Shown in pieces: positions 10,701 to 22,700 of a stretch of 64,000 nt of DNA; position 1 is the stretch's first letter; each line of letters begins with the position of its first letter. Made by a program: the position numbers and the translations under genes. The DNA is from Endomicrobiales bacterium (GTDB taxonomy: Bacteria; Elusimicrobiota; Endomicrobiia; Endomicrobiales; CAWCFT01), in NCBI GenBank assembly GCA_963794945.1, contig CAWCFT010000004.1, positions 256,001 through 320,000 of the forward strand. Reading direction: 5' to 3'. The notes below the pieces were generated by a model, which made no database searches, was not told the DNA's origin, and was given only the letters and a program-made list of their open reading frames with translations.

Positions 10701-13700
10701 CGAATACACAAGAGCTGTGTCAAACGCTGTCACAGTCCATGTTGATGACGCAACCTGCGGATTAACTATCTGTATGGCGGTTCCCTGGTTGTTAAGTGTC
10801 TTCGCCAAAATACCGTTGGTAGCAGCGCTGTCCCATGAATTAACGCCAAAGGACGGCATGTCTATGTTCGTTATCCTGTTATAATAAATATCGGTAAGGT
10901 TGACCGTTATCTGCATCCCGCTGGGGTCGCCCGCCACTTTCACCAGGGGCGTACCGCTCTTTCCTCCGGTGCCATTGTAAGGAGGCAGGCCCGGCACCGC
11001 CGTTTCACCCGGCACAAGCACCTGTAACTGCGAGGGCGTAGAAGGAGCTAGCGTGAACTGGGCGGATGTATCCCCTAAATAAGTGTGTCCCGGGTTTGTT
11101 GCAGTGACTATATGTGAGGTTGCCGCCGTTATCAGCGTGAGAGTGAAGGTATTTCTGCCGCTAACCAGGCTTGACATTGCAGGCATAGTGCCGTACTGGT
11201 CATCTGAAGTAATGTTAACGTTGGGCTGGACCGCCACTGAATTTACGTTATAGAACTGGTCAACAAGGTTCACTGTGGCGATGAACTTCGTGCCGGCAAT
11301 CTCTTGCGATATAGCGCCTGTCTTACCAGTAGGCGACCCGGCTACGGCTGTAGTGCCCGGAAGCAGCAGCTGCAGCCTTACCGCGAAGCCGCGTTAACCG
11401 TGAATGTCGAAGAATTATTAGCCCAGTAGAGAGGTGCGATATTATCAACATCTTGTATCTTTATATATTGTGTAGTGGCAAGCATCAACGAGTTAGCCCC
11501 AAAAGTGAATATCCTTGTTCCCGAACCTGTATCAACAGGCGCTGACGCGGGAGCTACACCGTAAGTGTCAAGCGGGGCATTGACTTGCATGACTACCGAC
11601 GTGTTCGGCGCCCTGTTCCAGTACGCGTCGCAGATAGCGCCTGTCACGCTAAAAGCAGTGCCCGCGGTCTGGGCGACAGGTGTTCCCGTTTTGCCGCTAG
11701 CTGTACCTCCACGGAAATCTTCACCCTGAAGAATAACGAGCAGTTTTTGCGCTGTTCCTGGCAGAACCGTCACGCCTCCTGAAACACCGGATAGAAGCAG
11801 ATTGCTAGTATCAGCGGCGTTTACCGTGTAGGTAACTGTACCTGTAGAAGCAGTTACCATTGTTACCGGCACAGTAGTAGACGTCACCATGAGCCCGGTC
11901 CATTCGGGGTTCGGTATAGCGTTAGGGTTTGTTGTCCAGAACGTTGATTATTGGTGATGTAGATGTAAGATTCCAATAGTCGTCGCAAACGTTGATAGTT
12001 GAAGTAAAGGATGTACCGGCGTAAACGCTACCGGGGCTGCCGGTCTTCCCAAAACCAGGGAGCGCGGTTTCGCCCGGCACAAGCACTTGCAGTTTTTTCG
12101 CAACGCCGGGGATCACGTTTATTACTGATGAGTTATAAGGCCCGCCTAAATTCTCCGGAAGGTTCAGCCCCGCATCAGCCCCGGAAACCGTCGTGGGCTG
12201 CGCTGTATGGAGCTGACATGTTGCGGTGGCAACACCGCCTGTCATAAGTATATTCCCGGGGTCCAAATCGTAAGGGTCGGAGGTGACAAAGCTTATTGTG
12301 TCGTTGACGCTCGGTGTCAGGTTGAAAACCCTGTCAACCGCGTACGCGGTAACAACAAAACTCTGGCCAACCTGCTGCGTAACCGGCGTGCCGCCCCTGC
12401 CGACAGGAACGATATTTCTGCCGTTGACCTGTGTTTCACCCGGGACAATAACTATCAACTGAGTCGGAGCGTTCGGGTTGACGCACACAGGCGATGAAAC
12501 ACCGGTTACATAACCGCCGCCGGATGCGGTTATGGTTTGTGTTGCGGCAGTAACGAGGTCAGCCGCGTATGCGCCCGAGAAAACTACTGTTCCGCTGACG
12601 AGCGTCCTTGCGGTAGGCGTTGACCAGTAAAGGTCTGTCGAACCAAGTGTCACCGACGGCATTGCTGTGGTGACAATTACCCTGTTCCAGTAATTATCAG
12701 TGAGGTTCACAGTGACATTGAACGCATCGTCTGCTATCTGCTGGAGCACTGACCCTGTCTTCCCGTTGGCATAACCCGGCACGGCTGTTTCACCCGGAAG
12801 AATTACCTGAAGTTTCGTAGGAATATTGTAGTTTACATAAACCGGAGATGACACGCATGTAGTAAGAATGCCGGCCGTGTCAACCGCGGAAATGGTCCAA
12901 GTTGAATTTGTGATCATGTCAACTACAAATGCACACACACCTCCAACGAGAGGTGCTGTCGCGGGCTCAACGTCATATGGGTCCTGGGTATAGATATGCA
13001 CCTGCGATACGTTAGCAGATACGGTGTTCCAATAAGGGTCTACGGCCCGGGCTGTCACGTTGAACGGAACTCCGGCGGTTTGCACTGACGCTGTGGAATT
13101 CTTTCCTCCTCCGCCGCTGGAAGTATAAGGCGGCCTGCCGGGGTCATAATTCTCTCCTGGCAGCAGCACCTGCAATTTTACCGCGTCAGAAGAAACTACC
13201 GTGAACTGCGTGCTTGTGTACTGTGTCATCGGGTGGCCCAGGTACGGGTTAGTGACCGGGTTTTGCAGCCCTGTCGCCGTTATTGTTTGCGTAGTCGCGG
13301 TAAATAGTGTGTTCGTGAAAATACTAGTACCAGTGGCATCCAGGGTTGCGGTCTGGCTTCCGCCCGTGGCGACATCATCGTAATTATCTGAAGTGACCAG
13401 CTGTACGAGTGAAGTTTCTCCGGGCACCCTGTTCCATAACGCGTCACAGCCATAAACCGTTGTCTGGAATGGTAATCCCGCGATACGGTTCGTTGGAGAA
13501 CCACTCTTGCCCGTGGCGCTTCCGGGGTTATATGTTTCACCCGGGACAAGCGTGATGAGTTTGATAGCGCTCCCGGCATTCACCCAAACGTAAGAAGAAT
13601 AGGCGATCGGCAAACCGGTAGACTGGCCGGTCAATTGCCTGTAGCCGTTAGCCGTGTTGAAATACCACGGTATGGTGATCGATGTTCCGGAAACACCATA

Positions 13701-16700
13701 GGATGTGTTGTTATTAACATCATTCGGATCGGATATATCCGTCATCGTGACTATCAGCGTTGAACTTGTAAGGTTCCACCAGCTGTCCACGAGGTTTACA
13801 GTGACATTAAAGCTCACGCCCGCGGTTTGCGCCGTGACGGTGCCGGTCTTGCCGAACGGCTGGACGTTGAATTTACCGGGAACACCTGTCTCACCGGGCA
13901 GCAGTATCTGCATGCGCGCGAGGTTGCCGGACTTGACGTTTATATTGCCCGTGTAATCATAGTTGTAGCTGGTTGCCGTAGCGGATGCCGAGCACACTCC
14001 CAAAGTCACAAGGTCCAGGGCAAAAGTTGTCGTGCCGTTAATGAGAGACGCCGGCGCCGGCTGCGATGCATATGGGTCAATGGTAGTGACAGTAACGTTC
14101 GGCGTAGCAGTCGTAGGGTTATAATAGAAATCGCACGCGTCAACAGTCACATTGAACGGCACGCCTGCTGTTTGGCCGGAAGGTGTTGCCACGGTCCTTC
14201 CGCGGCTCGTATGGTTGCCGGGCTGTGCAACCTCTCCAGGGGCAAGTATCAGGAGCTGATTGGGCGCACCAGGCTGAACATAAACTATAGATGACGTGCT
14301 TGGCGCGACCCCTGAATACGAGGCTATTATTGTCTGTGAAGAATATGTCACGAGCTGCATATAGAATGTTGTCTCGCCGCCGGCAAGAGGCTTGTTAGTG
14401 ACTGCCGGGCCGTAGAGATCGGTATCTGATATGCTCACAAGGCCCGACATATCGTTCCTGAGGTTGTAATACTGGTCAGTGCCCATAACCGTGATATAGA
14501 ACGGTGTGCCGGCAACCTGGTTTTGAGGAGTACCTGATTTGCCTCCGGTCCCGTCATAGGGAGGTTTACCTGGGACAAAACTCTGTCCGGGCACTATCAA
14601 GTGCACCTGGTAAGGCGCCGCGGCCGTGACTGTGAACGTTGAAGAAACGTTCGACGCGTACAAAGGCGACGCATCAGCGTCAATCGCGGTGAGCAGGTGG
14701 CTGGTGTTGGCTGTAAACTGGGTCATCTGGAAAACACCGGTACCTGCCGTGAGAGACGCAGTTGCCGGTTCTATATCGTAGGTATCGTTCGAGCGCAAGC
14801 TGACCAGCGGGTTCGCGTTCGGGTTAACGTTCCAGAACGGGTCTGTGCAGTTGACCGTCACGGGGAACTGCACGCCGGCTGTCTGCGTATTAGGAATTCC
14901 AGTCCTTCCGTAGATAGTGTTAGATACGGGTGTTTGGTTCGGAAGCAGCACCAGAGCCGCGTGGCGTTCGCGGGGTTAACGTGAATATTGTCGGAATTCG
15001 TTTGCCCGTAATACGGCAGAGTCGCGTCGTCGTGTTTCGCGGTAAGCGTTATGTTGCTGTTGCCTGTCATAAGCGTTATGTTATAAACGGTTGAACCGTT
15101 TATAAGCGTCTGATTGAGCGGATCCCAGCCGATCCCCGTTTGTGAGCCTGATTTATCGTTTGGATCGGTCGATGTCAGTTTGACCAGCACGCTGACAGCT
15201 GGCATGATATTGTTAAAACTATCGACACAGTCAACTGTTACGTTGAAAGGAACGCCGGCAGTCTGTGTAGATGTAACAAGAGTATTTTTACCGCTCGGCG
15301 AGCCGGGAACGTGCAATTCTCCGGGCACGATCACAAGCAGACCTGATCCAGTAATCTGCGGCCTTACAGTGGCGGTGTCAGAACAGGCAATAAATGTAGG
15401 CGACACGTTATCCTGAGCAGCTGTGATAGTATTGAAATTTGCACCTGTATCCTGATAAAGCGTGGCGCTGTGAGGAGTAATAATGAATGTCGTTGAACCG
15501 CTTATGAGGTTTGCGGACACAGGAACAGGCTCATAAATGTCCGTAGAAGTGACCTTTGTCAGGAGGTGTTTTTGTTGGGCTTATATTCCAGTATTTGTCG
15601 CAGGCATTAACAGTCACAACAGAACCCGCTCCGGCAACCATGGTTGATGGGCGAACCTGTCCTGCCGCCAACACCGGGGGTCGCGTAAGGAGGCCTGCCG
15701 GGCTGTGCTGTTTCACCTGGCATAAGAAGTTGCAGGTAGAAAGCATTAGCGTTGTCCGGGCCCACGCTTACGTTTTCAGTGCCGGCAGCAAGATAGTTGT
15801 TGCCGGGAGTAGTGTCCGTTGCAGTTATAGTGGTAGTCCTGCTTGAAGAGTTAAGCGGGCCCGCGTTGCCTGTTATAAGGGTTGAAATGAATACAGCGTA
15901 TCCGCCAACAAGCGCCTGCGGCGCGGCTCGTTATCGTAAGGATCATTAGAAGTAATGGTTACTGGTTTGCGTTGAGTTTGCCTGGTTCCATTTAGAGTCT
16001 GTCGCGTAGACCGAACACATTGAATCCTGTTCCCGCGATCTGCGCGTTAGGCGTGCCTGTTTTCCCCGTGGGCGAGCCCGGCACAAGGCTTTCGCCCGGC
16101 AGGAGAACCAGCAGGTTGCTGGCCGCGGCTGGAACAACTTTGACGTAAGTTGACACATATCGCGGCGAAGTTATCTCCGGTCGCGGTTGAAGCGGTGATC
16201 TGCCAACCCGTAGTAGTTGCGGTGTAAAGGCTTGTGAATATTTGCGCCACTCCTCCGCTTGTTGCTGCATTTGCGGGCGGGGCGTAGAACGGATCTGTGG
16301 CAGAAAGTTTAACTGTGGTGTTTACTGCATTTGTGCAGTTGAAATACTGGTCGACTACCCTTACCGTTACCTGATTAAGGGTGTTAGCGGTCCACGTGCC
16401 GGGCGTACCGGACTTGCCTGTCGAAGAGCCGTCAACAGCGGTCTCTCCCGGAACAAGGAGTTGAAGTTTTGTCGCCGCCCCGTAATTCGATGTAATTGGA
16501 AGGCTCGTATAAGATGAAAGTGTTCTCACCGCTCAGCGGTTGATGCAGTAACCTTATACGACTCGCCAACTCCGCGATGGAATGTCACATTGAAGGTCTG
16601 CACGCCGTTAGTTGTAGACGCGTTCGGAGGATTCGGTGCGTATGGGTCTTGAGTTGTGATGGATATAAGAGCTGTGGAAGAAGCGACCACGTTCCACTTG

Positions 16701-19700
16701 TTATCCGTTATCATGACCGTAACCGTAAAAGGCGTGCCCGCGGTCTGGTTTATCACCGAACCTGTTTTTCCTGAAGCTGAACCCGGCAGGTATGTTTCAT
16801 TCGGAACAAGGCACAGCAGTTGTGAAGCTGGCGAAGAATTGATCTTTATCTGGCGGAGTTGTATAGCTTACATATGAGCCGCCCGCAGCTTTAAGCGTCC
16901 AGCCCGTTGGTTAGAGGTCACAAGCGTTACGCTATCGTCTTTTTGCCGTTAATAAGCGGCTGGTTTGGTATGGGCGGTGTGGCGTTCGGGTCGTTAGTCG
17001 TAAGGTAACCGGCGTGTTATCGTTCACAACGTTCCACCAGTTGTCTACGCCGCGCACTTCAGCGTTAAAGTTTATGCCGGCGGTCTCAACTGTAGGCGTG
17101 GACACATCCAGTTTACCTGCAAGCCCAAAAGTCTTTCCCGGAGCCGCAGTTTCGCCCGGCACAATCACCTCAAGCCTTACTGGGCTGTTGGGAGCAACTG
17201 TTATGTTAGGGCTGGTGTTATATTGCGTATTGTTGCTGACGTTTGTGGCGGTTATCGTCCAGGAAGACGGGTTGAGCGAATCGCTGCCGCTTGTCACAAG
17301 AGCCAGCCTGAAAGTAGTGGTGCCCAATGTAAGGGCAGCAGAAGACGGCAGTACGAAATACGGGTCCGTTCCTGTAATTGCCGCCGAAGTACCGTTTTGA
17401 GGCACTACGTTCCAGTAATTATCTACAAGGTTGACTGTCACGGTAAACGGCACGCCGGCGATGCATTGTGAAGGCGTATTAAGCTTTCCATATGGCATCG
17501 GGTTCTGCCCATTATTCCATTTGCCCGGAGCGGGAGTTTCACCCGGCACTATTATCTGCATGTTGGCCGCGCTGTTTGGAATTACTGTAAGGCCCGGGCT
17601 TGAGACATTGGCAGTAAGGTAAGGGGCCTGAGTGACCACGGCCGTGAGCGTCTCGCCCGAACCGGCAGTGACAAGCATGACCGTAAACGTAGTTGTGCCA
17701 GACTGAAGAGCGGTCGTTGAAGGTTGTATGGCCCAGTTATCCGAAGCGCCTACCGCTACAAGCGAACTGTTGCTTGCAACCGGGTTCCAGTTGGAGTCCA
17801 CGGAATTAACTGTTACAGTAAACGGAACACCTGCTGTCTGGGTCTACAGCGTGCCCGTCTTTCCTGAAGGCGAACCCGGCAACGCCGTCTGGTTCGGAAG
17901 AAGGATCTGCAGTTTCACAGCGTTGTTCGACACGACACTGAATGGATCTGAAATGTTAGGGGACATTATGGGCGGAGTCTGATCCGTGGCGGTTACAGTG
18001 TTTCCGCTGACCAGCCGTGACAAAAGTAACCATGAAATTCGTAACACCGGACACCAGCGCCCTCGATGACACTTGCACGCGCGCATATATATCTGAAGTC
18101 GTAACGCTAACGTTGAAACATTCGCGGGCTGGAAATTGAAATAATTGTCGCAGGATTGCACAGTAACCTGGAAAGCGGTGCCTGCGGTCTGGTAGAAGGA
18201 GTTCCCGACCTTCCTGTCGATGTTCCCCAGTTATCGTCTGGTTGGGAAGCAGCACCAAAAGCTTGGCCGCTGTGTTCGGGCTTACAATAATGTTTGGTGT
18301 AGTGTAGTCCTGATAACCGAGCCATGACGGCGCTGAAGCGCTAATAGTCCATCCGGTATCGTTCCTTGTGATGAAGGTGTGCTGGAACGACGTTGTTCCG
18401 CCTGTAAGCATCTTAAGCGATGACGGCGCCGCGTCGTTCGGATCGTTCGTTGTAACATCCGCGGTGCAGCCCTCGGCTAGCACCCTGTTCCAATAATAGT
18501 CGCAGCCGTTCACCGTAACATTGAAAGCCAGTGCCCGCGGTTTGTGAAACAGGCGAGTTATCCATTCCCCCCAAATTGTTTATATAAGGGGGCTTGCCGG
18601 GCCTTGCTATTTCGGATGAAACAAGCACCTGCATGCGGCTTGTCGCTGCAGGCATTACGCTTATGTTCGCGGAAGTATATGCCGACATAGCCGTAGAGGC
18701 GGTAGCGGTAATTGTCCAATAAGTGTTCCAGTTCGCGGAATCGTTTGCCGAAACAAAAGTTATATAGAAAACAGTCGTTCCGTTAACAAGCGGCTGCTGC
18801 CCGAGCGCAGTCGCGTAAGGGTCTGTAGTTGTGCAGCCAATGGTGGGAACATACGTTGAAGTCATGTTCCAGTAATTATCTACTCCTATAACCGAAACTC
18901 CGAAAGCTGTTCCCGCGGTCTCGCTCAATGCTGAACCGGTTTTCCCAAAAGGAGCGGCATTCTTTCCGTTAACCTGGGTTTCCCCAGGCACCACCACTAG
19001 AAGCTTTGTAGCGGAATTTGCCGTTACGGTAACTCCAACAGATACGATGAAAGGTGCGAACCGCCGTTATCGGTCGCGGTTATAGTCTGTGTTGAAGCCG
19101 TCACAAGAGTCATGGCGATAGAGCATAAACCGCTGGTAAGAGTTTTCGCGGTCGGTGTCGAGTAATAAAGATCGGTCGAAGTCAACTGCACAAGGGCGGC
19201 AGGCGTTTATATCCGTGTTCCAGTCAACGTCGCAGCCTCTTACCGTAACATTGAACGGCACGCCGGCAGTGACGGTGTTAGGTGTTCCTGTCTTGCCTGT
19301 TGCAGAACCCTGTGAATAATTTTCGCCCGGTAGTATGGCCAGCAGCCTGGTCGCGGGCGCGGCATTGACAGTCGAGAGTACTTCGCTGTAGCCGGTGTAA
19401 GTAGGCCCTGAAATGGCGTTAACAGTTATAGTCTGCGAGCCGGCTGTCACTATAGTCCAGCTGTAAACACCTATTCCGTTTGCTAGCGCTGCCAGGCTGG
19501 GTGAAGGATTATACGGATCCGTGTCCGTTATCTGCACACCGGGATTGCCTTCCAAAGGCGATATACCGTACAGGGTATCGTTTATAACGTTCCAGTACTG
19601 GTCGCAGCCGAGGACCGTTATGTTGAAAGGCGTGCCCGCGGTCTGCGCGATCTGTGAACCGCTCTTACCGGTGGCGGTACCGGGTGCGCTGGTTTCGTTA

Positions 19701-22700
19701 GGCAGGAGCATAATCAGCTTCTGGTTGCCCGAAGGGCTGACTGGTACGTTTGCGCTCGTTGTATCAGGATATACATGTCCCAGATCATCAGCGGTCAGGG
19801 CCCAACCGATCGTCGTTGCTGTTATGAGCTTCCAGTTCAGTGTGGTCTGGCCCGTGCTGCCGATCGAGAATACGTTATTATGTCCCGGGCTGTCGTAGCC
19901 CTGAGGCCAGGTATCGTTAGCGTCGGTCGCGGTGATCTTTAGGCCGGGTACCGAGCCTCCCGATATCTGGTTAAAGTAGTTATCTACAAGGTTCACAGTA
20001 ACTATAAAATCATTGCCCGCGGTCTCGAAAACAGGGAAGCGCCGCTCTTTCCGGTGGACGAGCCGGGCACCGCGGTTTCATTAGGAACAAGCACCTGGAA
20101 TTTTGAAGCCGTGCCAGTCTGTACGGTTATGGGAGCATTCGAGTTCGTATTGAATATATAGTCGGCAAGCGACGAGTCGGTATTGTGATTGGTCATAATA
20201 AATGTGCCCTGGGCGCGCATAAGCGTCACGGTGAACGTGGAGACATTCACAAGCGTAGCGGTTGACGGGCTGAACGTGGCATAGGGATCGTTGCTGTCCT
20301 GCGTCCCAAGCCAGCAGTAAACATTTGTTGAAGAAATGTTCCAATAAGCGTCGCATGAGTAGACAGTCACAACGAACGGAACACCCGCGGTCTGGTTTGT
20401 TACCGTGCCTGATTTTCCATAGGGCGCTACATTGTATTTAGCGGGAACGTAAGTTTCACCCGGGTTCAATACCAGCAGCTTGCTCGGGTTCCTCGGGCTG
20501 ACAGGGAAGGTTACGGTTTGAGTAGACGTGTAGTTGGACCCGTCAACATCATTGACGGTTATATACTGGGTAGTCGCGTTATAAAGAGTTACGTTAAGCG
20601 TGTTCTGCCCCGCGATCAATTGCTCCTGAACAGGTGTTGATACTTGCTGGTTATTGACTCTGCCGTACTGGTCCGTAAGAGTGAGCTGTACTGTTGGCGC
20701 TGACAACAGTACTTTGTTCCAATATGCATCGGTAAGGCACACTGTGACAGTGAACGGCGAACCGGCCTGCTGCGGCGACGGTGTAACGAGTTTGCCGTTT
20801 ACCGAGCCTCCCTCGATAGTTTCGCCCGGCAGCACCAACTGAAGCTGTGTGGGTGTATTCTGCACTACGTTGATCCCCGCAACGGTTTGGCTTGACCATA
20901 CAACCGGCCCTTCGTTATCTATGGCTGTCAAATTCCAAGAACCAAGCGTTGTAAGCTTTACCGTATTGGCAAAGTTCTTGGTACCGTTGATAAGGCCTAC
21001 AGGGCCAGGTATAAAGCCCCAGCTGGCCGCGTAGGGATCAGTTGTCAGCAATGCAATTTGGCGCGAGCCGATAGTGTTTGTATTCCAGTAATTGTCGCAG
21101 GCATCGATCTCCACACTGGCAAACGCCACGCCGGCTGTCTGCTGGTTGGGCGTGCCAGAGTCTTTACCGGTAAATGTTCCAGGCGCGGCATGTTCGCCGT
21201 CAACAAGAAGGCGCAGTTGGGTGATAGTCGATGGATTTAATGTTATCCCTGGGGACGTGTCTCCCAGGTAGCCCGTGCCGCCGTCATCAATGACATTGAC
21301 CGTTCTGTTCCCGGCGGTTACCATGGTAACTGGGAAAGTCTTTGTTCCGCCTACAAGCTGCGCCTCCGGCGGCAAATAACTGAAATAGTTATTACCGGAT
21401 GTTTCATTCGGGTCCGAAGTCGTTATCTTAGCGACCGGCATAGTAACCGTCGATACTACGTTATAGAACCTGTCTACAAGGTTAACGGTCACATAATACG
21501 ATGTGCCGACCGTCATCTGGCTGGGCGTATTCAGCTTGCCCCAGGTTTGTGATGTGCCGAATAGATTTGTCTCGGGCTGGTTCGCTTTTCCGGGGCATGC
21601 AGTTTCTCCGGGAACAAGGAGCTGAAGTTTTGCCGCAGTCGTGGGCCCAACATAAATACCATCCGAGGTCGCACTCGACAGCGCTGTCCCCTGATAAACT
21701 GACGCAGACACATAAGAAGTCGCTGAAGTCACAAGAGTTATATTGAAAGTAGTTGTACCGTTTGTAAGCACCTGGGTCGACGGCACAATACTAAAATTAT
21801 CGCTTGTCACAGCCGCGATATTCCCCGCATATGTATCCACTTTATTCCAATAATAGTCGCAAGCGCTGACTGTCACGGTGAAAGGCACGCCCGCAACCTG
21901 CTGTGCAGTTACTGTAGTGTTCTTCCCGCCAACCTGGCTTGTGTAAGGCGGCTTGCCGTAAACTCCGGCCTCACCCGGCACAAGCATCAACAGGCGGTTT
22001 GCCGCAGCGCTCTGAACTGGAACATTTGCCAGTGTTGACTGGGTCAACGGACCGGCCATGTCCTGAGCCGTTAATGACCAATTCCCTCTTGTCACGAGCG
22101 TTACGGCGTATACTGTTGTACCCTGCGGAAGGCCGGACGAGTCAGTAAGGTTCTTGCTTATCTGCGCGGGTGTGGCGTATTGGTCAGTTGTAGTAAGTTT
22201 AACCGTAGTTGAGGTGGAAGGCACAACGTTCCAGTAATTATCGCAAGCGTCTACGGTAGCGTTGAACGATATTCCAGCCGTTCGAGTTTGCGGGCCGCCT
22301 GTTATGCCGCCAACCACGCCCGGCGCCCTCGAAACCCCGGGTGAGAGAACCCTTAATTCTGTGGGCGCGGTGGTATTGACGCTTACGACCTTCTGTCCGC
22401 TTACGCTGTTGTTATTTATATCGGTGACAAAGATCGTCCTTGACCCGTCCTTGACAAGTTTCAAGGTTCGAGAAGAATAATTAATATTAAATATCTTGAC
22501 TCCCTGGTCAAGGGTCGTGAACTGGTAATCATTAGGCAACCAGCCCTGTGTATCGCCGGCCGTGTACACATACTCAGGCCCGCCGGGCGATGTTATAGGC
22601 CCGTCAACACTGAACCTTATGTCTCCCTGGTAATTACGCGCCGGATCTCCGTTCTGGTCAACAGCCTCAACCTGTACGCTTACCGGATCGCCGGCATTAG

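Noticed and set aside
10670..22370. G....GK(T/S) strings in class B repeats (e.g. GSPTGKT) read as Walker A motifs
   Set aside because: Spacing varies, no helix or Walker B follows, and they sit in ~34 extracellular beta-rich repeats.
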